NCBI GenBank assembly: GCA_002220235.1
Contig: FO082266.1
Direction: 5' to 3' (one strand)
DNA length: 32,000 nt
From: Bathycoccus prasinos
Taxonomy: Eukaryota
In this document: positions 6,528 through 15,452 of the stretch, one piece after another
Numbering within the stretch: position 1 is the first letter of the stretch
How the letters are laid out: every line of letters begins with the position of its first letter
Notes under the pieces: generated by a model
What the model was told of the DNA's origin: nothing
Seen by the model: the letters and a program-made list of their open reading frames with translations, nothing else
The model's database searches: none
Position numbers and translations under genes: made by a program

Positions 6528-8528
6528 ATGACGTCTTCTCGCACCCCGAGACGAGAGACCGAAGCTGCTCTGCCACCACCACCACCGAATACTTTCAACG
6601 CGACTACTACCGCGACAGAAAACACCGCGAGATCCGACGACAACGAGCGGGGGCCGTTACTGAGAACACGACGAAGAATTCCAAAACGCACGCGTTTCAC
6701 GCACAATCATCCGCCCGGTTTACTCGCCTTGAGCGGCACGGAAATCTGGGAACGGTTCAGCTATTACACCACGAGAGCAGTTCTCGTTTTATACGCGCGA
6801 GACGTGATATTCGTCCCAATCGATGATGAAGGAGAGAAAGAAACCTTCGTTTGGTTCGCTTGGCGTTTTGCCAAACTGCACGGAGTGGATTTGCGCCACA
6901 CCTCGGATATTTCGGAGGAAGCGCGACGCGCGCGAGTCGACGCGATCAGCTCGAAACTCTACGGCACGTACACCGCGTTCGTCTATTTAACCCCAGTTTT
7001 AGGGGGATATTTAGCGGATTTTACTTCGAAGCATCGGATGATATCGATCGGGATTGTGTTGATGTTCCTCGGGAACTTCTTCGTAGGAGCGGAGAGGAAC
7101 GCGTTCTTCCTCGGGCTGGTTTTAGTGGCACTCGGGAACGGTGGGTTTAAACCGAACGTTTCCGCCAGATTGAGCGAGATGTACGAGAATAAATTAGTAG
7201 TATCTTCGGGTGGTTTTCAGGGATCGGAGAGGAAAGGGAAGAGGAGGATGCTTCTCTCGAGGAAGGATTCCGCGTTTGGGATTTTTTATTGCGCCATAAA
7301 CGTCGGCGCGTTGTTCGCGCCCTTAGTGGCTGGATTTTTAGCGGAGAGGTTCGGGTATCAGAGTTGCTTTTTAGCGGCGGCAGTCGGAATGATTTTCGCC
7401 GGGTTGGTGTATTTCACCTTTCAGAGGAGATTGGTGTACCGAGGGGCGGCGTTAGATATCATCGTCGAGAGTAGAAAGAGTAGAAGGCGTAGAAACAACG
7501 ATACGAACAATACTACCAACAACATCACAGACGATTCAGACGACGAAGAAAGAGCTGGTGGAAGTACTGCTGTGGAGAGTGACAATGATACAGACGACGA
7601 CAATTTAGACGATGACGAAGACGACGCGTTGTTGCCCAGAAATGCAGCAAACAGCGACGACTTTGGTGGTACTGAAGACGCCGGCGAAGAAGAAGAAGAA
7701 CAACAGCAACATCACCAACAAAATAAACTCTCTCTCCTTCACGTCTTCAACGAAAACAAAGCGCGACTCACCGCGCTATTCGTCGTCATGATCACAACAA
7801 TTGGTTTCTGGGCCGCTTACGAGCAAGCCGGCAACGCTTTATCCATATTCATCGACGAGCGCGTCTCGCGCGACGGCGTCCCGACTGCTGCGTTTCAATC
7901 CATCAATCCTGGCATGATTCTCGCGCTGACCCCGGTGATCAACCGATACTGGAAATACCAGAGCGAAACCAATCGCGAACCGGACCAGGTGATGAAGATG
8001 GCCATAGGATGTTGCCTTCTCGGCCTCGCCAACGTCCTCCTCGCGTTCGCCTCCACCAATCTCCCTACCGGCGCCATCGCCGAGGCTGATTTACCTCCCG
8101 GAATGAAACTCAACCAATTTTGGATTTGGCTGTACTTCCTCGTCGCCACGGCTGGCGAACTGTACGTCTCCCCGGTTGGATTATCCTTCGTCACGACTGC
8201 CGCGCCAAAAGAAATCGTCGGTTTCGCCTGCGGCTGCTGGTTCTTATCCGCTTTCTTCGGCAACTATCTCGCCGGCGAGATTGGTTCCTTGTACGCTTCC
8301 GCGAAACCGTTTGCGTTTTGGTCAGCCGTCGGAGTTTTATCCGTCTCCGTCGGCGTCGCGTTGGCTCTCGCGAGAAACAAAATCGTCCACGCGTTAAAAG
8401 AAGAAGAAGAAGAAGAAGAAGAAGAAGAAACGAATAGCAGGAGTCGTGGTAGTAAGAGGAGGAGGAAAGGGAGGAATACTACTCGCGACGAACGAGACGC
8501 ATCCGGCGGATCGAATACCGCTTTGTAA
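6528..8528 (+). CDS. Proton-dependent oligopeptide transporter (POT/PTR2, DtpT-like) with a large acidic low-complexity central loop
   Basis: Carries the POT signature GTEIWERFSYYTTRAVLVLY (ExxERFxYY) and FGIFYCAINVGALFAPLVAGFLAERFGY, plus multiple hydrophobic helices. The track start at 6438 is TTG, and the first in-frame ATG is at 6528. Confidence 0.85.
   Translation: MTSSRTPRRETEAALPPPPPNTFNATTTATENTARSDDNERGPLLRTRRRIPKRTRFTHNHPPGLLALSGTEIWERFSYYTTRAVLVLYARDVIFVPIDDEGEKETFVWFAWRFAKLHGVDLRHTSDISEEARRARVDAISSKLYGTYTAFVYLTPVLGGYLADFTSKHRMISIGIVLMFLGNFFVGAERNAFFLGLVLVALGNGGFKPNVSARLSEMYENKLVVSSGGFQGSERKGKRRMLLSRKDSAFGIFYCAINVGALFAPLVAGFLAERFGYQSCFLAAAVGMIFAGLVYFTFQRRLVYRGAALDIIVESRKSRRRRNNDTNNTTNNITDDSDDEERAGGSTAVESDNDTDDDNLDDDEDDALLPRNAANSDDFGGTEDAGEEEEEQQQHHQQNKLSLLHVFNENKARLTALFVVMITTIGFWAAYEQAGNALSIFIDERVSRDGVPTAAFQSINPGMILALTPVINRYWKYQSETNREPDQVMKMAIGCCLLGLANVLLAFASTNLPTGAIAEADLPPGMKLNQFWIWLYFLVATAGELYVSPVGLSFVTTAAPKEIVGFACGCWFLSAFFGNYLAGEIGSLYASAKPFAFWSAVGVLSVSVGVALALARNKIVHALKEEEEEEEEEETNSRSRGSKRRRKGRNTTRDERDASGGSNTAL
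8400..8429 (+). repeat. (GAA)10 coding microsatellite (poly-Glu) in the C-terminal tail of the POT transporter
   Basis: Read directly. It is in frame and encodes the poly-Glu (EEE...) run. Confidence 0.95.
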
Positions 8529-8631
8529 TTTTGACTCCCGTGTGTGTTTGTGCAGCCACAAAGATTAGTCAAATGTCTCTTCATTATTTATTCACCTTTC
8601 GTCTTTAAAGCGCATTTAAACCATCGAAAAA

Positions 8632-10161
8632 ATGTCCACCACGAACGAGGGCGAGGAGAACAGACACAACGCCATTGAATTGGGCGTTCCCATCTCCTCC
8701 TCGTCGTTTACCTCGTCGTCGTCTGATGCGATGAAGATGAAGAATAAGAAAAATCCATTCGGGGAGGAAAAGAACCAGTCTTTCCCGGAAATGTTGATGC
8801 ATTTCCTGACCAAAACCATCCCGTCTTTAATGTCTCCTTTCCAAGTAAAACTCCTCTCCGTGGCAATTTTGGTCGCGTTTTTTGGTTTATTTTCGTTCGT
8901 GATGGAATCCGCGAACTCGAACGCGCAAACGTACGCGGTCATCATCGACGCAGGGTCGACTGGGAGTCGAGTGCACGTGTTTCGGTTCAAAAGGGCGTCG
9001 GGCGCTCGAGTATTGAAAGACGAGATTTTTCACGCGATTAAACCCGGGTTGAAGGCGTACGCGTCGGATCCTTTGGAAGCGGCGAATACGTTGGAACCGT
9101 TGATGGAAACGGCGATGAAGCACGTGCCGGAAAAGTTGAGGTCGAGCACGCCGTTGACGCTTAGAGCGACGGCGGGTCTGCGGTTGTTGCCGGAAGGGCC
9201 GGAAGCGGCGAGCGCGCTCTTAGAGGCGTCGAAAGTGAAAGTTGGGGAGTACGGGTTTCGGTTAGATGACGAGTACGTGTCTATTTTGGACGGGATGTAC
9301 GAAGGCGCGTACGGGTGGATCGCGGTGAATTATTTGTTGAGGAAGTTGAGCGGAAGCGTAAAGGCGACGAAGACGGTGGCGGTGGCGGATTTAGGGGGCG
9401 GGTCCACGCAAATCATGTACGCGATTGGAAATAGAGATGAAGTCAACCGAGCGCCGGAAGGGTACGTGTTGCCGTTGGAAGGATACGACGTGTACACGAA
9501 ATCGTTCAAAGGTTTTGGCATCATGGCGGCGAGAGCGAAGATTTTGACGCAAAATTTAGACGCCGGCGAGGAAGGATGGCAGTCGCATCCGTGCGCCGCG
9601 AAAGGCTTTCGAGGGGGATGCACTGAGAAGTGTTACGGATTAGAACCGGGGGAAGGGTATAGCGCGATTGGGCGGGATAACGGTGGCGATTTTGAGCAGT
9701 GCGTAGACGCGGCGTTGATGGCCATGGAGAAGGATTCCATGGAGTGCGAGGTCGAACCGTGCTCCTTCGCCGGCGCGTGGACGACGAAACGCACCACGCC
9801 TTTATACGGCATGAGTTACTTTTACGAAAGAGCGCAAGCCGCCAAAGCCGTGCACTGGCCAAACTCGGAAACGAAAGCGGTGAAAATCACCCCGAGCGAT
9901 TACAAAAACGCGGGGAAGAGAGTCTGCCAAACGCACGTCGATTCCATCTTAAAAGAATACCCGGACGCCGAGGAGGACCATTTCGAATACTTGTGCTTAG
10001 ATCTCGCGTACATCTACGCGTTGCTCACCAAAGGCTACGGGTTAAAAGACAAAGAACCGCTCTATTTGGTGGATAAAATCGATTACAAAGGCCAACCGGT
10101 CGAAGCCGCGTGGGCACTCGGCGACGCCATCGCGGTCATGAACGCGTTTCTCGTCGAATAG
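8632..10161 (+). CDS. Apyrase / nucleoside di- and triphosphatase (GDA1/CD39 family), type II membrane topology
   Basis: The apyrase conserved regions are present: IIDAGSTGSRVHVF (ACR1), LRATAGLRLL (ACR2), GAYGWIAVNY (ACR3), ADLGGGSTQI (ACR4) and WALG (ACR5). There is one N-terminal TM helix (LLSVAILVAFFGLFSFV). The ATG is at 8632. Confidence 0.9.
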   Translation: MSTTNEGEENRHNAIELGVPISSSSFTSSSSDAMKMKNKKNPFGEEKNQSFPEMLMHFLTKTIPSLMSPFQVKLLSVAILVAFFGLFSFVMESANSNAQTYAVIIDAGSTGSRVHVFRFKRASGARVLKDEIFHAIKPGLKAYASDPLEAANTLEPLMETAMKHVPEKLRSSTPLTLRATAGLRLLPEGPEAASALLEASKVKVGEYGFRLDDEYVSILDGMYEGAYGWIAVNYLLRKLSGSVKATKTVAVADLGGGSTQIMYAIGNRDEVNRAPEGYVLPLEGYDVYTKSFKGFGIMAARAKILTQNLDAGEEGWQSHPCAAKGFRGGCTEKCYGLEPGEGYSAIGRDNGGDFEQCVDAALMAMEKDSMECEVEPCSFAGAWTTKRTTPLYGMSYFYERAQAAKAVHWPNSETKAVKITPSDYKNAGKRVCQTHVDSILKEYPDAEEDHFEYLCLDLAYIYALLTKGYGLKDKEPLYLVDKIDYKGQPVEAAWALGDAIAVMNAFLVE

Positions 10162-10300
10162 ATTTAATTTAGAAGAAATGTCGCGCGGCGTGTTTAACAA
10201 CTATTTCATTTAACGCTCTGCATACTACAACTTTAATAAAACTACACCGCCTCTCTCTCTATTCATCATCTCCGCGACGGGGACGACGACAGCGGAAGCG

Positions 10301-10867
10301 TTACCGTCCTCCCCTCGCGAGTCTCCTTCCCACCTTCTTTATCTTCTTCATCTTATTCCTCTTCAAAATCTTCTCCTCTTTCAAATCGTACCGCATCTTC
10401 CTCTCCCTAAAAATCTCTTTTTGCACCGCTCTCGCTATCTCTCCGTCCTTCTCCGCGAGTTCGTTCCAGCACGCGTTGGAGACTTCCCTGGACAGATCCA
10501 ACTCCAATTCTCGTTTTATCGCCATCTTCGTCTGCGCGTTTACTTTCTCATTCGTAGTAGTATTCATGTTTCGTAAACGCATCATCTGCGTCGACGCGGT
10601 GACTGCGAACGACGCGTACGTTTTCAAGGTTTCGTTTTGGAGTATCGCGTTGACTAAGCGCGAGCGAATGGAATCGAAGGTTCCGTCTTTTTTTAATCGC
10701 TTCAGCGTCGTTTTCGTCTGCTTGATCGTTTGTACAGGGGTGAGCTTTTGGTTTCGAAAGGTGGAAGGAGCCTCCTCTTTTTGTCGTCGTCCTCCTTTAC
10801 CTCCTCCGGAGGCGTGGTATCCTCCGCCTCCGCCGACTCCGGAGTGGTATCGTTGTTTTTTAGGCAT
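10301..10867 (-). CDS. Basic/Gly-rich hypothetical protein, possibly with a BOD1/Shg1 (COMPASS subunit)-like domain
   Basis: A 188-aa ORF with a true ATG. The segment LKKDGTFDSIRSRLVNAILQNETLKTYA resembles the BOD1/Shg1 core (LK..G.FD.FR...), from memory only. The C-terminus is Lys-rich. Confidence 0.55.
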   Translation of the reverse strand: MPKKQRYHSGVGGGGGYHASGGGKGGRRQKEEAPSTFRNQKLTPVQTIKQTKTTLKRLKKDGTFDSIRSRLVNAILQNETLKTYASFAVTASTQMMRLRNMNTTTNEKVNAQTKMAIKRELELDLSREVSNACWNELAEKDGEIARAVQKEIFRERKMRYDLKEEKILKRNKMKKIKKVGRRLARGGR

Positions 10868-10988
10868 TTCAAAGCGTCGTTTAATTGAAGAAAAATGTGA
10901 GGTGTAAGCTTTTCGTGATGACGAATATCTGCGCTAGTACGAGTACTACCATCTCTTCTTTACAACACGCTTCTTTCTCTCTACTCTG

Positions 10989-12419
10989 CTACAGCGCGCT
11001 CTCTTCGAACAAATCTCTGTTCCACTCTAACACCCACTTGCCTAAGGCGTAATACGCGGCGACGTGGCGCAAGACGTATAAAAAAATCTCGACGAGTTTC
11101 TCTCGTCGAGACGCTTCCGCGAGCGCGTCCAAGGTTTGCGCCCAATCGAAACCGTCGACGAGTAAGAGCAAAGGGAGGAATCCGAAACGCGCGAACGCGT
11201 TTTCCGGTTTTTTGGGGATGCGCCAGACGGTGCGCCAGATGGTGGATGATTTGGAGAAGGTGCCGCCGAAAGAAGCGTTTTCGATGTTTTCGTTTTCGTC
11301 GTCGTTTTTTTCAGCGCTGAAGAGCGTTTCGAGATTTTTGGCGAGGCCGGGAAGGTGAGAGCCGCCGTAGAGGACGGAGAGCTTTTCTTTCGTTCGTGTT
11401 GTCGTAGGTTTCGTGTTGTTGTTGTTGTCGTCGTCTGAATCGTATAGCTGTCGCAACGCCTCTCTCAATCTATTTGTGGCGATTTCGTTTCTCTTTTCGA
11501 TCGTCGCCTTGGCGCCGGAACCGGATCCGTACACGTTCTTCCCTTGCGCGCTGACAATCATCTGCGCGAACGCTAATTTCCTCGCGCCGACGATATCTCC
11601 GGCTGATATCGCATCCACCATCGCGCCTAACACCGGTGCTGGTCTTCCGCCGCCCCAAATCCAATCCAACAAAAGCAAGTGCGCTTCCGGACACGGCACC
11701 AACCACACCAAAGATCTCGCGAACTGCCCGGCTCTCGGTAACGTCCTCGCCCTTCCGATGATAGTCACCAAAAACGCCTCTATTAACGCCGGCACTCGAA
11801 ACGCTTCCGTATCCGCCTCCTCTAAACTCATATCCGCTTTCATCTTCTCCAACTCGTTGCTCGAACAATCCGCGAGGTACCAGTTTGGTTTCTTAAAATC
11901 AATGGCGTCGAGCTGCGCGATTAATCCGTGCGACGCCGCCAACCGTCTTGCTTCGTCCGTCGGAGATAACGACACTTTCAATCGAGGTAAGGTTAACGAG
12001 CTGCTGCTCGTGGTGGTGTTTTCCGTCCTGCTCCGAATCATCCTCTCCACGTTCCGTTCGTCCGTCAACAGTTCGAACAAGACTGGATTTTCCTCGTTTT
12101 GCGAGACCAAATCTCGCTCTAAATTCTTGTAATATTCCTTCTCCCCCACGTGCACAGTGGCGATCAAATCGATCTCGCACGTTTTTTGTTCGTTCACGTA
12201 CGTCACTTGCGAGGATTGAAGCTCCCAATCGCCGGTGTCGGTTTCGTGTAATCGGAGATACGATTCACTTTCTGTTGTTGATGATTTTGACGACGACGAC
12301 GCTTTGGATATCGACGACGCTTTAGAAGATGAAGAAGCGAAGGATGGACGAGGATAAAAAAGGAGACGAGGACGAGACAAAGCAGTCGTCGTTATTGTTG
12401 TCGTCGTCGTCGTTCGCAT
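10989..12419 (-). CDS. Conserved hypothetical protein, probably organelle-targeted, with weak resemblance to the TraB/GumN-type fold
   Basis: A long ORF with a Thr/Ser-rich N-terminus. The motif CEIDLIATVHVGEKEYYKNLERDL...PVLFELLTDER resembles the TraB N-terminal motif (h.LhGTAHVS......V..I....PD.VhVEL), and there is a C-terminal hydrophobic segment. The track start at 12512 is TTG, and the first ATG is at 12419. Confidence 0.7.
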   Translation of the reverse strand: MRTTTTTTITTTALSRPRLLFYPRPSFASSSSKASSISKASSSSKSSTTESESYLRLHETDTGDWELQSSQVTYVNEQKTCEIDLIATVHVGEKEYYKNLERDLVSQNEENPVLFELLTDERNVERMIRSRTENTTTSSSSLTLPRLKVSLSPTDEARRLAASHGLIAQLDAIDFKKPNWYLADCSSNELEKMKADMSLEEADTEAFRVPALIEAFLVTIIGRARTLPRAGQFARSLVWLVPCPEAHLLLLDWIWGGGRPAPVLGAMVDAISAGDIVGARKLAFAQMIVSAQGKNVYGSGSGAKATIEKRNEIATNRLREALRQLYDSDDDNNNNTKPTTTRTKEKLSVLYGGSHLPGLAKNLETLFSAEKNDDENENIENASFGGTFSKSSTIWRTVWRIPKKPENAFARFGFLPLLLLVDGFDWAQTLDALAEASRREKLVEIFLYVLRHVAAYYALGKWVLEWNRDLFEESAL

Positions 12420-12582
12420 TTTGGTCTCTCCTCCTCCTCCTCCTCCTCCTCCTCTAAGCTGGGATTGTGCGAGTGAAGAATGAGTGGCGAATTGGAGCGT
12501 ATCTTTTCCCAAGAAATGTGGAGCGTATGCGTATTCGTATACATTGTTTCATACCTACGTATTTGTTGATGATAATAGTAAA

Positions 12583-14061
12583 CTATGGTGATGCTACTCT
12601 TTTATAAATCTGCACGTACGTTTCCCCGAGCGTGACTTGTTGCGCGAGGACTTCGTTGACGAACAAATCGTTGGTTTCGTACCAGTTCCCGTCGACGTGT
12701 TTCACGGTCGCTTTGCCGGCGGAGTCGACGTTGGCGAGCAAGTCGTAAGAAAAAGGATTACTATTGCTATTACTACCGGCCGCCGACGACGCTTGGATTT
12801 TCAGGTTTTTCACCGGGAACGTGACTATGGTTGGGTTCTTGCTCACCTCTTTCGTGAATTGATTTTTGCTGAACCGGTTGACGAAGGCTAAGATTAAATA
12901 CTCCGGGGCGGTTTTCAACGCGAACGGTTTCAAGAGCTCCGCGAGCGCGACTTGCGGGATGGCGTTTTTCTCCATCACGTCGCGGAATAAAGGCGCGTCT
13001 GGGAGCTTTAACGGCACGAACACGAACGGCTGCGTCTTGTTCTTTTGGTTCAGCATCAACAGCTCGCCTCGAAAGAGCTCGTCGACGTACTTTTTCGGCA
13101 CGACGAACGTTAAAAAATGTCGCAAAGTTGCAAACGGATCGTTGAATAAATTGTCGATGTCCGTCTCTAATTTCTCCGGGTGTGCGAGTTTGATTTGTTT
13201 CCTGAGCTTCCTCACGAACGAATCTGGACTGGTGTGGCCGCGAAAGTTATGTTTGTTCCATATCCTCTGACACAACGATTGCAACGTGTCGTTTTCATTT
13301 TTGTTGTTGTTGTTTCCGTCGCTCCTAATCAAAGACGCGGATAAAAAATGCGCCCTTAACTTTTCCACCCTCGCGAGACTTTGCACGATTGAATTCACGC
13401 CTTTCGCGTTCTCCACTCGATTCAACCCAACCACGCCGACTAAATACTCCGTCCCGTCCAACGCTTTCGACCATATCGCCTCCTTCTCCAACCGCTTAAT
13501 CTCTTCGCTCGTAAATCGAGGAAACAACACTTTCCTCACGTCCTCTAAACTCGCATCGAAAATCTCGTAGTTATCTGGAAGACAAAACGCTCTGCCATTT
13601 TCCAAGTGCATGAACACGAAGTGGTTTTCTCGTTCCAACGCGTGCGTATACGCCGGCGTCTTTGGGCCTCTCCCGGCGAAAAAATGCCCGCAGGTTAAGC
13701 AACAGTAACAGTTTTCTTTCGCGAACGAGACCGAACATCTTTTTTCGAAATCAAAGTCCAACAGCGGGCGGTTGACGAAGGATAAGTACGGGCACGTTTT
13801 TGGTGGTGGAGGAGGAGTACACGTGTGTTCGGTTTTGGTCGTCGTTTCATCCTCCTTCGTTGTTGGTGTCGGCTGCTGATTTTGCTCGTCGTTCTTCATC
13901 TTCATCTTCTTCTTCTTCGGACCACCCACCCCGGCATGAGTAGTATCGTCATCAGCGGCGTTATCCTCGTCACCATCCTCATCACCACCACTCGCTTTGA
14001 TACTCTTCGCCTTGGAGGAAGCCGCTTTAACGGTGGCTCCTCGTTTCCGTTTCGGAGGCAT
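12583..14061 (-). CDS. USP39: U4/U6.U5 tri-snRNP-associated protein 2 (USP39/Sad1): ZnF-UBP domain plus a catalytically inactive ubiquitin-hydrolase domain
   Basis: Contains CPYLSFVNRPLLDFDFEKRCSVSFAKENCYCCLTCGHFFAGRGPKTPAYTHALERENHFVFMHLENGRAFCLPDNYEIFDASLEDV...DGTEYLVGVVGLNRVENAKGVNSIVQSL. This is nearly collinear with human USP39, from memory. The Cys-box position reads GLNRVENAKGVN with no catalytic Cys. The start was trimmed to MPPKRKRG (ATG 14061-14059). Confidence 0.9.
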   Translation of the reverse strand: MPPKRKRGATVKAASSKAKSIKASGGDEDGDEDNAADDDTTHAGVGGPKKKKMKMKNDEQNQQPTPTTKEDETTTKTEHTCTPPPPPKTCPYLSFVNRPLLDFDFEKRCSVSFAKENCYCCLTCGHFFAGRGPKTPAYTHALERENHFVFMHLENGRAFCLPDNYEIFDASLEDVRKVLFPRFTSEEIKRLEKEAIWSKALDGTEYLVGVVGLNRVENAKGVNSIVQSLARVEKLRAHFLSASLIRSDGNNNNKNENDTLQSLCQRIWNKHNFRGHTSPDSFVRKLRKQIKLAHPEKLETDIDNLFNDPFATLRHFLTFVVPKKYVDELFRGELLMLNQKNKTQPFVFVPLKLPDAPLFRDVMEKNAIPQVALAELLKPFALKTAPEYLILAFVNRFSKNQFTKEVSKNPTIVTFPVKNLKIQASSAAGSNSNSNPFSYDLLANVDSAGKATVKHVDGNWYETNDLFVNEVLAQQVTLGETYVQIYKRVASP

Positions 14062-14184
14062 GATTTTTAGAGAGAAATTTTGTGTCGATTTTTCCCTTAC
14101 ACAAAAAAGTAAAAAAAATAGATCAAAAACACACACGTGAACACAAAAAATGAACAACACGCGAAGCCCCCGGCCGCGAAGAAC

Positions 14185-14193
14185 AAAAAAAAA
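14185..14193 (-). terminator. T9 run (Pol III terminator) 10 nt downstream of tRNA-Trp
   Basis: A run of nine A on the plus strand, which is T9 on the tRNA strand. Confidence 0.7.
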
Positions 14194-14202
14194 CAGTAGT
14201 GA

Positions 14203-14313
14203 TGACCCGTGAGAGGATCGAACTCCCGGCCGTTGGATGGTTTAACATTCATTTTCATCATTTGGATGATTTTGGATTGGAATCCAATGCTCTACCAGCT
14301 GAGCTAACAAGCC
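14203..14313 (-). tRNA. trnW-CCA: Nuclear tRNA-Trp(CCA) with a 38-nt intron at the canonical 37/38 position (intron 14239-14276)
   Basis: Hand-folded cloverleaf. Acceptor GGCTTGT/ACGGGTC; D arm GCTC-AGCTGGTA-GAGC; anticodon stem TTGGA/TCCAA with loop TTCCAA[intron]A; variable loop CGGCC; T arm GGGAG-TTCGATC-CTCTC; discriminator A. The mature length is 73 nt and a T9 terminator follows. The acceptor stem contains three G-U pairs. Confidence 0.75.
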
Positions 14314-14891
14314 TTAACCCTAATTTTCGACGAAAATAAGATACTTACTCTGTCGTATGCTGTGCAATTTTTCCTCGGACACGAGAGGCAACCAACCGCT
14401 GAATTTATCATCACTTTAACGCACACATTTGAATATCATTCACCTACACCCACATAGAGTGCGTTTCTTTTTCTTTTTCGTCTGGCATCGCGGACGCGCT
14501 TTCCTCTACCGCGCGAAGTCGTGCTCGCGTTCGCGATGGCACGTTCGCGTTGATGTTGTTTGAGCAGCGGCGTTTCGGATTTTTTTTTCTTCGTTTTCCG
14601 AGAAAAAAATTTGCGGCAGAGAGACGATGATAGAAATTTTATATAAGAAGAGAAGAAGAGTGTCCAGATCAGATGATGTAGTTATAAACTTTTACTAATC
14701 GACTCGGAAACGGACGATTGGATGTTTGTTTAGCATGAATTGAACGCTTTATGGACGAAGGATCGGTCGCATAAACGCGTCTTCTTTGACTTTTGTTTTT
14801 TAGATTACGAATTTGCCGCTGACTCACTCGTCTCTCTCCTCTCTTCTTTCAAACAAATAATACTAAAACAGAAAGAAAACCTTCAGCAAAA

Positions 14892-15128
14892 ATGAGCTCT
14901 TCAACCGCGATGTATGCATCGCTCTCTATCCTTTCCCTCTGCGCGTTGACCGGTACCGGCGTCGCGATTGGCTCTGGCGTCGGCATGATGTCGATGGCAG
15001 CCTTGGAGGCGGAAAAGAAACAAACCAACGTCGCGGCGCACTCCGTCAAGGAGAAGTCTTGGGTGGAATCGAAACAAGTTTCGGGCTCCTCCGCGCAAAG
15101 AGGCTTCGCGGCGGCTGGACGTCAATAA
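14892..15128 (+). CDS. Hypothetical small protein (78 aa) with a hydrophobic N-terminal segment
   Basis: ATG in an A-rich context (caaaaATGAG). The N-terminal hydrophobic stretch is YASLSILSLCALTGTGVAIGSGVGMMSMAAL. A TGTAATATTATA motif lies about 215 bp downstream. I recognise no homology. Confidence 0.35.
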   Translation: MSSSTAMYASLSILSLCALTGTGVAIGSGVGMMSMAALEAEKKQTNVAAHSVKEKSWVESKQVSGSSAQRGFAAAGRQ

Positions 15129-15218
15129 TTTCATCGATGATTATATAAAAGTCTATTCATCAGATTGTATCATTCATCCATGTTTTGTTGTCCCCACCCA
15201 CCCGTGTGTTTTTAAAAA

Positions 15219-15234
15219 GAAAGAAAGAAAGAAA
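15219..15234. repeat. (GAAA)4 microsatellite
   Basis: Read directly. Confidence 0.9.
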
Positions 15235-15452
15235 AGAGAGATTACCGATGCGTCGCGGCGATGAGTTTCGACAAGATTTGTTGTTTTAAATCGATCGAAA
15301 AGCCTCGCTTGAGAAAAGATGTGTCAGTATATTTTTACGTTTGTTGTAATATTATAATGTCGGGTACCGAGAGAGAAGTTTCTCTTGGGGCTACTGTCGA
15401 AAGGAGCCTCACGAAAACGCTGAAGATAATTTTAAATTTAGTATTATTAGTA

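Noticed and set aside
14521-14588. Possible U6 snRNA gene. The first 8 nt, GTGCTCGC, and the 5' hairpin shape match U6, and a T9 terminator follows.
   Set aside because: The element is only about 68 nt long. It lacks the invariant ACAGAGA box, the AGC triad and the U4-pairing region on either strand. It is kept only as an unexplained hairpin in the spacer finding.
14689-14698. CTTTTACTAA, resembling the invariant U5 snRNA loop 1 (GCCUUUUACUA), with a downstream U-rich, Sm-like stretch.
   Set aside because: I could not fold the flanks into the U5 stem Ic/Ib structure. At most 3-4 bp close the loop, the loop context (AAAC instead of CGCC) is wrong, and no 3' stem-loop is present.
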